Source: Octopus sinensis (Eukaryota). From it: DNA of 64,000 bases. The stretch covers positions 186,001 to 250,000 of the forward strand of contig NW_021832227.1 in the NCBI RefSeq assembly GCF_006345805.1. The letters run 5' to 3'. The position numbers and the translations under genes are program-made. Shown here piece after piece: positions 48,663-62,000 of the stretch (position 1 is its first letter; each line of letters opens with the position of its first letter). A model generated the notes under the pieces. It was not told where the DNA came from, did not search any database, and saw only the letters and a list, made by a program, of their open reading frames with translations.

Positions 48663-49872
48663 ATGGTCACGTTTACGGACAATGGTGAGCGATTCAGGAT
48701 CAAATCGAGGACGTACGACAACCAATACTACAAATTTTGTTCCATACGACTGAGAGAAGCAAAAGTGAGATACATTCGAGCACGTATTCCACAATATGAC
48801 TGACAGCCATATATGCCCCTCTACCCGTCCGGAATCTGTGCAGTGTAATCCCCGACGAGGAGTGCGTGGTGTTGGGCTGTGTCTACAAGGAGAGCAATCG
48901 ACTCATCCTGGAAGACCACGACCAGCGAATTGTGCTGAGGGGCATCACCCCTGACAGTCTCCCTACAGGCGTATGCATTGCCGTACGGGGGAAGGAAGGG
49001 TCGTCCACCCCTGGGATATTAGACGTGGAGGACTACCAGTACATCACTCCTCCTTTCAAGACCTCCCCCCTCCAATTCCAGTTGATGGAGGCTGACAAGT
49101 GACTGCCCATTTGGATTGGTTAGGTCTATTTTGTTCATTTCGGACTTGGGAATTGGGGAGAGTGGACTGAGTGGGTCACTGGAGAGTGTTTTTGGAGTAT
49201 TGGGGGGGCTGATTGGAGGGGAGGAGACACGGCAGTCATTTTGCAGACATATCCAGGCTGTGGTGATAGCCGGGAACACTCTGAGTGCTGATTTGTTAGC
49301 AGACTGTAAGGCTCATAAGGCGGTGGAAATATTGGACGAGTGTTTGTGGCAAATATGTGTATAAATAAATGGTGACCCCACAGAGAGTGCTACCCGTTGT
49401 GGTCATCCCAGGCATCCACGACATTGTCAATATAATGCTACCTCAGTCCCCATCAAGCCACATTTCCTTCCAAAGAGTGCTCAGTCGGCCAATCTCCACC
49501 TTGTGTCCAACCCGGCCGACTTTAGTCTGAATGATATGCAGTACATGGCAGTCATATTCCAGGCTGATCTGATGGCACAGGTCGACCGGGGGGAACTCGA
49601 CTGTCTTGAATTGCTTGTTCGAAGTTATCCCCACTACTCCCTCCCGTCCTACCCGGGGGAGGGGGAAGACCCTTTTATTATTCGCGAATGTCCCCACGTC
49701 TTATTTGGGGGAGGTGCCACTCGCCAGACTGGTCATCGGAGGGTTGAATGTATTCTGGCTGTTTGGAGTTGTAGGCTGTGATCTGCTTGCCATCCCTTCT
49801 TTTTCACACACGCGTAGGGCTCTTTTATACACCCCTGCATCCAATTCGGTGACTTTTGTTGATTTGTCCTGA
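48663..49872 (+). CDS. POLD2: DNA polymerase delta subunit 2, divergent; 1-nt frameshift in a C run at about 49450
   Basis: F....RTYDNQY...RL, LILED.DQRI.L, TGVCIAVRG, VIPG.HD.VN.MLPQ, VSNP, DPFII.ECPHV and IPSFS motifs; short GT-AG introns. Confidence 0.85.
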
Positions 49873-50071
49873 TCTTTTGACTGGTTATCTTATGTTTGAC
49901 TTATCTCATTTCCTTTTGATAGCTCATATCGTCTAATTCAATTTTAAGGATCGACTCGGCCGATTATTTCGCGGAGGTTTGATAGGATATAGCACGGACA
50001 GGAGCGTAGTGTGAATATGTTAGCTGCTCTTCTGCAAGAATAAAGCGTAGAGTGATTTGAGACGAAGGAGG

Positions 50072-50300
50072 TGATTTCAAAAGAATTCAATTTATGGTTG
50101 ATAAATATAGATGTAAAGTTAAAAAGAAAAATATTATTGATTTTACCACCTTCCTTTTTTGCCATTATTTTGGTCGGTCCGGTTGGTGGCAATAAATAAA
50201 GGGTTGACTGTATATTGAAAACTCTGACTCGTATAAATACGTTGTTGGGAAAGGTAATAGTGTAGATATTTTGAGATGTATGCTTTTCATAAATTAAAAA
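50072..50300 (+). repeat. Dispersed direct repeat, copy B
   Basis: Similar to 43014-43250. Confidence 0.85.
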
Positions 50301-50339
50301 GTTTCGCGTAAATGGAAACCAAATATGCAATTTGTTGTA

Positions 50340-50640
50340 GCCAAAGATTTTCTTCTAAATTGGAAAATTTTAATTTTTGAACACACAAGCTCTTTGCGCA
50401 ATTCAAACGAACGTTGGAATACCCTTCCAATTGACAACCATCTTGATTATGACAAAGTATCAATGTAATGATTCATCGCACAATATTTTGAATATACGAG
50501 ATATCTTTTTAACATAAATAATTATCTTTAAGTATCTTCCGAAACTTGACCAAATTAAAATGAAATATTTTTCAACACTAAAGCATGGCGATGAAGGATG
50601 CAATGACTACAAATAAATTTTGAGCCATTTGATTTATCCT
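50340..50640 (-). mobile_element. hAT (Buster/Charlie-like) transposase remnant
   Basis: SHCILHRHALVLK followed by ..IFKILC.E..; in-frame stops. Confidence 0.65.
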
Positions 50641-50922
50641 TGGTACAACTCAGGGTAATTTATAACCAAATTCCCGGAACACCAAAGTTTCCCAGAACCA
50701 TCTCTTTCCTTGTTTAATTTCACTGCCCTTTTCCTTGATTTAAGATCTATGGAAACTAATCTATAATCCTTTCCTCTCCTTACTCATATATGATCGACCA
50801 GAATATCTGCAAAACTATATAAGACTGATTAATTATATTTTAACTAAAATTAAATTCTTTAAAAATAATAAAACATATTATTTAGATTGTTGTGAGCAAT
50901 TTTGACCTATTTTTAACATAAA

Positions 50923-51959
50923 ATGGACTTTGGTACTTATTTTAGAGGAGTTGGTTTGAAAGGAGCAATTTTATTGGTATTTTTAAGATATTTTCACTAT
51001 TTTTAGTTCCCACCAATATTTTTTACAAATCTAGGATTCTGGCAACTTCGCCGTCTAAAATGGAAATTAAAACTAATCGACGACTTGGAAAATAAAATAA
51101 ATTCCCCTCCGATTGACCTCAAACTGCCGTAAATGTCCTAATTCAAAAATAGTGTTGACATTCCCGAACAAGAGTATACTCACTACAGACTGAATGGTAA
51201 ATTCCTCAATGAAAAGGAGGTTTACATTCATCCTCGGTTGTTGGATTAGATTGATATTATAGTCATCTTGTTGTTGATCACAATTATCAAGAAAATTGTC
51301 GAATTGGCTCACTTTTGGTTACTCCGTTTGAGTTAAATGACGATTCGGGGTATTTTTGGGTTTTATTTTAGAAATATTGTGCTTATCAACAGAGGTTGGG
51401 TTTCGAATGCAGCTCGTAATGATTTGTCGTACAACAAAGTTAATATAATTTTAAGAATTTATTCTCAAAATAAAAAAAATTATTTAAGAAATTAATTTAA
51501 TTAATTTTTTAATAAATTTTATTATAGGTTGAAGGGAACTGTACAATTTTTGCAAGACTTAGAAAGTCTGAAAAAGTTTAAATATTTATTACATTTTAGC
51601 TTCCAACTTTGTCTTTCCAGAATTGCGAAAATGGATCTCTTTCTTTTAAGGACGTCGACGTTCTTTCAAAGTACTCGGGCACGCTGCCAATTTTATTCGA
51701 TATATCTGAGAGTTACTTTATTTTTGTTTATGTTCTTAGATTTTGGTTCTTGTGAAGAGCCGAGGGGTGGGCAAACTGTATTTTTCTTTAAAAATGATCA
51801 TTTTTCTTATGCAATTACTTGGTATGCCGGTTGTTTCATATTTATAGGTTTTCTCTGGCATTTATTACTTCTTTGATGTGTTTGTGGAACCTCTGTGGCC
51901 CATTTATCAAGAGAGCTCGGCATTCTCCAAAGTTTAGGGGTATGTCGTATAAAAAGTAA
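50923..51959 (+). CDS. SURF1: SURF1/Shy1 cytochrome c oxidase assembly protein
   Basis: Spliced reading gives LGFWQLRRLKWKLKLI, EYTHYRLNG, VTPF, LINRGWV, PRGGQT...NDHFSYAITWF. Confidence 0.92.
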
Positions 51960-52039
51960 CAAAAAAATTTAATTGATTTTCTTTTTTCAATAATTTTATT
52001 CAGTTTTAGTTTTTTTTATGTCGTTTGGAAAAGGGGTTA

Positions 52040-52092
52040 TTAGATTTTGGTCTTGTAAAAAGCCGAGGAGTGGCCAAACAGTATTTTTCTTT
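52040..52092 (+). repeat. Degenerate partial duplicate of a SURF1 exon
   Basis: Similar to 51736-51789. Confidence 0.7.
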
Positions 52093-52109
52093 ACTATTAT
52101 TATTTAACC

Positions 52110-52750
52110 CCGGGAACACAGAAAAGAGGAATAGTAATTGTCTAATTAAGTGATCCCGGTGTCAGTGCGTCTCCTTTTATCTCTTCCTTGTCTCTAATTC
52201 TTAATCAACGTCCAAAAGGGGGATGGTTTTTTTCAAATTTCCTAACACATTTTCCATAGGCGAGTTACTCCTCTTCAAGGGGACCTTCGGTAGATCTTGC
52301 CATCGTTAGGAAGATGTGCTATCTTTCTGTAAGATGGTCCATTAATTTTTTGACGTTGAGTGTATTTCTCAATTCCGAAGTAGGCGTCATTTTATCACGT
52401 TTCAGTAAAATCCGTAAGCACTGGTTCTGTACGATTTCCAGTTTGTTTTGTGCGGATATTGACAATGGCGTGATCCACGACGCAATATTTTTCTTAAAAA
52501 TGATCATTTCTTTTTTTTCTTTAATACTTTTCGTTGGAATGACGAGATAAGTTTTTGTAATGAAATACAAAATTTTAGAGTGATCACATTGAAAGTATGC
52601 ACCAAGACTGATATGAAAATAACCCGATCCAGAATCCGTTTTTAGTTTTCGGTTTTTATAGTACAGGGTATGTTGTTTAAGCTTGAAGGTTTGTGGATAC
52701 ATGAACAACTGGTTATTTTTTTGACCTCCTGTCAACGTCGAAATAAAATA
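52110..52750 (-). mobile_element. 3' fragment of a Jockey/I-like LINE
   Basis: W..LS.SAQNKLEIVQNQCLRILL....TPTSELR..LNV..L motif typical of the post-RT region. Confidence 0.6.
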
Positions 52751-53911
52751 TTTTGATTGTCACAAATTTATTTATTCGCCCACAAGCTACACGTCATAGT
52801 GGCAACCGGACACAAACAAAAGTCAGAACTAACTAATTCAAACGAAGACAGGGAAAGAATTGTTTGTGTCGATCAACATACACCTCCAAATTCTTCATTA
52901 CAGATTTTCGTATCCAAAGGGAGGTGGGGAAATTTTGGTATGCCCAGCTCCTATTTGACAGCGTTCTTATGTCGCTGACCGCAACTCATTTTTTTCTAAA
53001 AGGTTTTTGAATAATAAAGATTTTTCATTGGTAATGTGATCAAGGAAAGTAGGAAAACACAGACTACAACAACTAGCTCACAGCAAAACCAAAGGCTCGT
53101 AGGTGACTAAGATTTTGCTTGCGGTGACTAAGATTTGTTATTAAGCTTAGAAACATCAGACCGATATAAAAAGTCCCTTGAATGCGAAATCGAGCAGCAT
53201 CGAAATTTTATTTTTCGGTCAATCAAGTAAAAATGATTCTTAGAATCTCTTGACAACAATCGATAAATTAGATTAATTTGATTGTCTTTTATTTCCAATT
53301 TTGATTACATTATTGAATGATATCACATACCAACACAAATTCTTTAAACATCTTTCAAAAAAAGGAAACTTTTTGCGACATGCGGAATCCACTTTTAAAC
53401 TCAATTATTTGATGGGATTAATAAAAATAATAATTAGATAAAGTTTATTTTATGATATTTAGCAATCCGAGAGACGACTCCAGGGAACAGTTGAACATCA
53501 ATCAACAATAAATAAATTCGTAATTAAGAAAAAAATCAGTAAATTGTAATTATAATAAAGAGGTAATATTTAGATTCTGCCTTAAATGTACATTTACGGT
53601 CTGATAGTATTTTTTATGAACACAAGACTAATTCGATTATTTACTTTTATTCATTTAATTTTAATTCGAAATAAAGAAATCATTGGCGGATAGCCAGGGA
53701 ATTATCTTTGAATATACCCAGAGAAACTCCCTCGACCAGATACTGGTGCTCGGATAGGTTGTCGGGAATTTTTATATAAGTGGCTCGACGTGTCAGTTCA
53801 CGATATGAGCCCCTGTATTCAAATCGCTTCGAATCAAAGTGAAAAGGTGACATTAGCATACTTTTCAGTGATAAAAATTTTAACAAAATAAAAAATTGAT
53901 TTCAAAATGTG

Positions 53912-55635
53912 TTAGGAATGTACGAATTTTTTAGTAGGCTTAACTTTCTTGTAAATTTTAGCTTTTTTGGCGACCTTCATATGTTTGGGACGACTTTTAA
54001 TGGACACGGGAACATCTACAAATAAAAACATAACAAAACCCAAATCAATATATGGCGGATTATTAAAACAAAACGACTGGGCCACTTGTTGCAAATCCAA
54101 CTTATCAATATTAAAAACATTTCTCAGACTGTGAGACACATACGACCTGACACACGACTTGTATGCCTCCCTGGCAGACATGTGCAAATAATGATTCGTT
54201 TCCACCAACCGTTCCAACTACAATCAACACACATACTACCTGATCCTGTATTTTTACCAACTTACTGTCCGCAAATTCAAATTCCTCCAACTTTACACGT
54301 GCCTCACGTAGATAGTGGATAAATGAAACTTCATCAGGTCTAAGCACAAGAAGTGCCTGACCAATCCCTGCCTCACCACGTGCAGTCCTCCCCGCCCGAT
54401 GAATGTAATCCTGTCCATAATCAACTGATAATCAACACTTGGATCATCCGGCGGGTCGTACTGAATGACCCAATCAACTGCTGGAATATCCAGTCCACGA
54501 GCAGCAACATCAGTACAAAGCAAAATCCCCTTCGAAGCCTCTCCAAACTGAAAAAATGTTTTTGTTCTTTTCGTCTGTTTTTGCTTCCCCTGTCAAATAC
54601 AGACAATATTCCCAACATGAATAGCCAGGACTGCCAGATCGATGTAATTTAAAAGTTCTGCATAGAACTTAACCGCCATACAAGAGGACATAAAAACCAT
54701 CACTTTTTTGTTTCGATTTTTCTTAAGAAAAGTAAGGAGAAGTAAAAATTTCTTTTCTGAAGAAATTATGACATATCCCTGAATAAGGCAACTCAATACT
54801 TGCTGGAGTGAAGACACCGTCGCCTCCACTTCTCCGTCATCCACTCCCACATAACGCGGAGAGTCATTCAAAGATATTTTGGCAAGGTCTTCGGTTTTTG
54901 CGTTCATTGTAGCCGAGAACAACATCGTTTGTCTTTTCTCTAATGAGAATAAACACACAAAAAACAAAAAAACTACACAACAAATACTCACTTGGAAGAA
55001 GAGCGACAATTTTTTTAATTTCTTGTTCAAAACCAATTTCAAGAATACGATCAGCCTCGTCAATTACCAGACATTGCAGATTCTTCACAATAAAGTCATT
55101 CGAATGCTACAAATATACAAAAAATGTCATCAAAAAACCTCCAAATGGTCCAAAAGTCGACCAGGCGTGGCCACAACAATGTTGGCTCCAGAAGCCAGTT
55201 TCTTCTTCTCTTCCATTCGGTTAGTTCCTCCAATAACGAGGGCACATGTGAGGTTATTATCAGTGACCAGTTCACTTAGGACTTTGAAAGTTTGAATGGA
55301 TAACTCTCTTGTGGGGGAAATGATGACACAACCCGTTCCTTTGGCTTGAATCACGTTATTTTACCATTTCGGGGCTTGAATTGGAGTTTTGTTAGGTTTT
55401 CGACCACTGGGATTAGGAAGGCTAATGTTTTCCCGCTTCCTGTCTTTGCAGACGCCATTAGGTCGCTTAGTGGGTTATTTTATTATAAATACTTTCCATT
55501 GAGAAGGTAAGGAATGGACTCTGCCTGGATTTTTGTCATTTTTTGATAATTCATTTTTTTGATGAAATTGAGTGTTTTGTTGGAAATTGAATCTTTAAGA
55601 GATTCAAAAGATAAATCTGATAATATTCGTGACAT
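53912..55635 (-). CDS. DDX18: DEAD-box RNA helicase Has1/DDX18
   Basis: [79 protein letters not shown]; GT-AG introns of 21-52 nt. Confidence 0.95.
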
Positions 55636-56007
55636 TCTGAAAGCAATATTCTCTAGAATATATTGTTTAATAAAAATATCAAAAATAATTAATTAAAGGA
55701 AGATACTCACATAACAAAACTTAAAAAGAAAACACGTGGAAAATATTCACTTTTTATTAGATTTAAAAATATTTATTAATTAATAAAATAATTCCCATTA
55801 ATTTATAATCATTAGAACATTAATATACTAATATTAATTAATGTTTTAGCTGATTTTCCTATGACGTCATTACATGATTGATTGTGAATCACATAAGAAA
55901 ATGAAGAAAATTTTCCCGCCTCTGACTTTATGGACACATTCGATGGAGTGAAATAATTATTACTGATTGAATAATATTGTTTCCAGGCAACCAAAGTCAC
56001 TGATTGA

Positions 56008-59000
56008 ATGACCAAGTCAAAAGATCTTTATTCTACGAGAGTAAAAGTAAGTGGGTGGTGACATAAACACAGTTGGCGGTGACCCCAGTCTTCCCCGAAG
56101 TGACATTCAGCTCATTGAGAGACGCACTGGCGTCAGTTATCTCAGAAAAACAAGTAAAATGCAAAAAATAAAACTTAGACCCTTCATTTGAAAGAGGAGG
56201 AATACAACCTGGGGGAATGGGCGGACAGGCTGTTGAAGAAAAGGGGACTCATCAAAAAAGTAAAAAATAGAAATAATTGTAGAAAAAAGGACACCGACTG
56301 AGTGGAGAAGAGGCAGTGGAGTACTTTGCTAATTGTGCACATAAACGTGAATTTGACTGGATTTATTTGAGGAATGTGTCCAATTACTATGATTTGGTGG
56401 AATCAGACACGGTAATTTGTTTTAATATTTTTAGTTGGCACACAATCAGTTTATTATCGGCTACTTTGGTGTCCTCCAAGTCGACAAAGAAGGAGTTACC
56501 CAATTCACCAGTCTATCCCAGTGGCGGACTGAACTTACCCGATTTAATATTATTTCACAAATCAAATTCTTCAAGACTTTTCTCATATGGAAAATTCTAA
56601 AAAAGTAGGTTTATTGAACTAGTGGAAGGTGGAAAGCAAATGTGAGTGGAATGAGTGTTATTTCGAGTGCACTTACCCTGCGACATCACTCTTTTATTGT
56701 CCAACATATTCTCCAATTTGCACATCACACTCAGACTGTTCTACCCACTACATTTGTTACTCCAAATCATCTATTTAAAACACTTTCCAATATGTCTATT
56801 AGTGCTAGATTTACTCATCTCAACAAGTCTAGTCATTTCACTCATTTTAGACTCAAATCGGAACTTTTGGAAAAATTTAAGAAACATTTGAAAATCCTAA
56901 CTGGTAGACAAGTGGCAAAAATGAATATTTTACTCAACCAATTTCTGGTCTGGGGACTATTCCAGTTATTGAATGATATGTCTCTTTACTCTCCGACTAT
57001 TCTTATGAATGTTAGTACTTCCTTTACTCTCGACCACCACGTCCTGGAGAGTATAACTAATGCAATCAGAGATATTTTCAACATTTCTCCCCCATTGCTT
57101 CACAAGACAACCACAAATGGACAGTTGATTGATGACCTTTGCCAGCATTTGTAATAAGTAATGTATTCTACTTATAGTTTTCACAAGTCTTGTTTTCCAG
57201 AATTCACTCCTAATGCCTGGGAGACTGCATTCTCTCCTATTTTGGAGTCATTTCGAGAACTACAAAACAATCTGGACAGCCACGTTAGTTTATTGCTGTA
57301 ATTTAGGAATGGTGCAATTTATTTAAATGGGTTGATCAAAGAATCATAGAATTGGACGGAAAAATTATATTCCGCCACAATAACATGGCCATTGACCTCA
57401 CATTTGCCTACAACGACTGCCTCTCTTTTTATAAAACATTAGTGGTACTGTCATATGATTTTTGTAGTCTGATTGCATGACTGAAATGCCCGAGTTGAAA
57501 GAAGTGGAAGAAGCACCTGAAATATGTTTAGTGGAATCAGTGAAGGACCCACTGGAGAATATAAGCAGAGTATTTCCTATTGTAGCAGTCAGCAGATTAT
57601 TAGGGAATTAAATGACAAGTCTGAAGTGACTAAAGAAGACATCGAACAGTTCTTATCTCAACTCTCTAAAATGTGGAGTCCATTTCTGATAAAGGAGACA
57701 CTGGATGAGTCGACGATGGCAATCTATCAAGTCCTAAAGGACAGAATGATTGAAATAAAGGACGAAAGTGTGAGAGAACAATGGGAGCTGATCGACAGCA
57801 AATTGTGTTTATTATTTCCAGTGAAGACTGGAGAATTAGTGCCGAATTGTGAACAACTTTGTGCTTCCCTGGGAATGCGAGTGGTGAGTGTGGGTGGAGA
57901 GGAATGGAGAGTGGTGGTACTGCGCAATGCAGCTGAATTATCAGCCTCAATAAATGTACTCCCAATTCCTCACTTTAGCACGCACTGAGTATTCCAGGAG
58001 AGTTGGAGACACTAAGAGAAGTGGTGGAGAAGTGGAGACATGTCAATGAGAAGGTTAGTATAATGTGATCCTGGTAGATATACACTGTCTGCTTGGTGGC
58101 TGATCAAATCACTCTCCACGACACGGACATGATTCAGTTTCTTCGAATTGCCCAAGTAAAGTCAATACGTGACTGACAGGAACATCTGGAGACAATCAAA
58201 GAGCAAGTGCAGACGGAGTCGTTAATGGATAATCAACACAAGTTTGTTGAGTGGCGGGAAAAGTTGAATAAAATTATCGATTTGGTTAACCGACTGTAAA
58301 TAATCTAGAATATTTCCCGCGATAAAGTAGAAATAAAATTGCGGGAAATTCGGGATGGGTGTCCTCAATTCTACTTTTTGGAGGACAGCGAGTTGATTGA
58401 ACTGCTCGAAGGCAATGACATTCTCTACTTTGAGTTATGTTTCCTCAAATTATTTCCCGCCTTCAAACACGTGTTGTGGAGAATAGGAGAGGAAAGAAAA
58501 CTAACGCGGGAAATATGTCAAACAAGGAATGGAATGTGCATGGAAAGTGTGGAGAGCTTTCACGGAGAAATAATTGGATTGAACGTGGCCTGGACTGACC
58601 CACCAAAAGTGGTGACAGAGGTTGCTCAGAAGATACAAACTGTGGTGGAAAGGGACGTAAGAAAGGCGAATTCTGTCACATCTTTACTCATGACTGACCT
58701 CCGCCACATCAGTGCCCTTCTCCTCGCACGTGTCCACCAATTACCGAAGGACCAATTTGCAGAATTTGTGGAGACCAAATACACCCAAATCTTGCAAATC
58801 CTGGACGAGTGTTTACTACAAGGGTGGTTTGTAGCACTCAATGCTCGTATTTGTGCACATATCGACACTGCTAGCGAAATGAGTGGGGAGATTAAGGATT
58901 TGCAGACTATATTACTCCACTGTTGCACAGGCAGTCGAATCACCTCATTTTACTACCGACTCGCTCATTTGATTCAACAACGAATTTATTTCCGAGATTT

Positions 59001-62000
59001 GTCTCTTGGGGATGTCTATGAGTGGTATCGACAGCCTAAATATGTGTACACTGAGGGTAGTTTATGGCCAATCACTGTAGATGGACAATTATTATTTTCT
59101 TCATTTGGATTTCGCTTCCCTTACTCATTCGACTATGTGGACATGGATAGTCTCAATTACAGTCTCCTCCCCTCCCACCAGTTATTATCCTCTCTCTATC
59201 ACTACCAACCAATCACAGTCGGAGAAGAAGAACATGTCAGGACTGCCTTGAGTGTAGTACTTGTCCTTATTTCTCTAGTTTATTGGAAGGGAATATTTTG
59301 TATTCAATGCTACCAGTTCTCCACAATACTTAACCAATTGTTGGAGAGGCTGTTTACTCACTGGGAAAGTGTTTATATTCACTGAGTGCCACACAAACCT
59401 CCTTCAACAAATTCTTAAAAGTCGTATTCCTATTACAATCCGTCCTTACTCATTCCTTGAGGAGGTTCCTCACTTATATATATGCTAGATACACCAATAT
59501 GACTCTCTCCACATCACTCATAACAAAATGGCACATTTCTTCCACAATGGTTAACCATCGCTCACTAGTCTAGAACTCGACTACACCCAACAACTCAGCC
59601 ACCACAACTACACAGTCTTCATTACATCACAAACCAAAATTCTCCCCTTAGCTATCAGAGTACAGAACTATATATACGGCGAGGAATGTTTTAGATCTGT
59701 CCCCAACCGTTCCGTCGACCTTAGACTGTACTGTGAGACTTGTTTGGCCTCCCTGTCATTTGAATACTCTGCTTTCGTTGCTGCCAGGTTGTGTCACTTT
59801 ATGGAAAATGTCGGCATTTTGGTACCACATCACACAAATACAATTCGTGCTTTTAATAGAGTTTTAAAAATCTACGGGAGGTGGTTTCCCACGTTAGAAA
59901 TATCGCAATAGAAATAAGAAAATACAAAAATGAAGACCCAATAAATAAAAATAAAAACATAAGTAATGTTTATAACTATAAAGTAATTTATGGATTTGAA
60001 TTACGGTCACTTGGCTGGTCTGAAAAAAACGTGGAGGAGTTGACTGTGGTCCTCTCCCTTTATAAAATACAATCATTGGGGGACAGACATTTCGGAGATT
60101 GCTTAAGTGAATATTTTCCAGTGGCAATGGGAATGTTAATACCTCCAAAGTTATTGGAATGCATGGAAAGTGCTCTCAGGAGAAAACACATTCGAATAGG
60201 GACCTCCCTCAAGGCAAAAGTATATTCATAAACTAACAATAAAGTTGTCCAAATTGTATCTCACACTCCAAAATGGGCACCAAATTATAATAACAGGCCC
60301 TTCGTGCAGTGGGAAAACACTGTCGGTTCGATCAGTGGTGGAGGCATTCAACAAAGAGGAATGCTCAGTATCCATCCAATTATAACAACTAGAATATTCG
60401 ACTGGTAGAGGCCTGTGGGGACTCGATAGTCCACAGTGAGGTTGGTGTGACTTTAAGTGATCAGTTTTTTACGAGATATAGAAGGGACTACAGTAGAGTG
60501 GACTATGACTGCAGTGGGAGTCAGATGAGACTAGTCAATGTACGTACTTAGACTAAGGTCATAGGCCAGCAAAGCGCATAGGACGTGGTTTCTCATTACA
60601 GGTGGCAAGGGGGAGGAAATATATCAGGATTATATCAAAAATATGACTAATACTAGTATATGGATGATATATTGCAGATTCTAAATTAATATTGGAAACT
60701 CAGTCACTGCAGAATTTCTCTGCCAGGTTCTTGAACTCGTGTTCAGTCGTGCATTTGAGTGCGGACGAGGATTTCGTGGAGAGTTTAATTTCCAAAAAAT
60801 GGAATAAATTTGTGTGTGAATATGGAAGTGAGTACTCGTGGGGAAGTCAACTGGTGAATGTATTATCCTCTATTTGCCTTCTCATCACTACTCGGCAAGT
60901 AGACACAGTTTTTGATGAAGGCACCACTGAATGCATGTGCTACAATCTAATCAACTCTTTCTTCCAAATACTGCCCATTACTTTGCAGGCATTCAACACT
61001 CATTCGGGCTTTATATTGGCACTTTTTTGGGCATGTTTAGGAATGCTGATTGATGGTGAGCCACTCGTTAGGAAAGTCTTCCACGATCACGGAATTGAGG
61101 ACATTCCTCAGATCAACCTGACTTATAGACGAAAAAGAGGTGACTACGTGGAGACTGGCCTTGTAATCTGCATTGTGAGTGGTAGAGTTCTCGATTGGGA
61201 TGGCTGATGACTCGCCTCTGTGGGTCGGTTGTAGTGACTGGACCACGTGGATGTGGTAAGACTGCATTTGTTCAGGTTGATTGGGAGACTGATTGTAGAA
61301 TTACAAAGTTGATGACCTCAATCGACCCAAACAAGTATTAATTTGGTGACTATCCAGGTTGTCACTGCCACCCTCCCCCTCAGTGCTTATTTCAGACATT
61401 TTGTCGTTTTTAATCTGCACGAACAAGAACATCTTACTCAAATAGTCAAGCAGGTCATCTCCCGTACTACCACCATCTCCAATGTCCCCCCTCTCGCAGA
61501 AAAATTAGTCACTGTGTGCAAGGACAAACTCCACCATATGTGGACTATCCTCGATTTCCTGTCCCAAGTTGACAAAGCTCGGTATTTGAGTGCGAGCGAA
61601 TATTTCCAATTACTGACTCTTCGATTGGGCCATGTGCTCCCCCATGGTTCCAAAATCGGTGGTAGGAGGATTGGAGGAAATTCATTTTGGTGTCCTCCAG
61701 CCTTTGTGGACAGTACTCAATTCAGGCAACACATCCGAAAACTGTACGACATTGCATTCAATAAAAAATACTACAAACCACAAATATACATTGATGATAC
61801 TCTTCTCTCCTGCTTTGAACAATTTTTTTGTGTACTGGTGAGCACTTGTCACTAATGGCCAGGCACACAAGAGTCCCCTGGTTGTTATCTCCTACTCGAC
61901 TGACTGCATTATACCCCCAAACGTGTTACTCCAAATGTGTTTGCCAAATTACAAAAAGAGGGGAGAATGTGTGCTTGAGGACAGTATAGAATTGACTATA

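Noticed and set aside
50410-50440. Plus-strand RWNTLP resembling a CR1/L2 3' motif
   Set aside because: Lies antisense within the hAT transposase remnant, which explains the region better.
51073-51312. 79-aa minus-strand ORF
   Set aside because: Antisense to SURF1 exons.
53680-53886. 68-aa minus-strand ORF just after DDX18
   Set aside because: Possibly the first exon of a gene, but no downstream exons or family could be supported.
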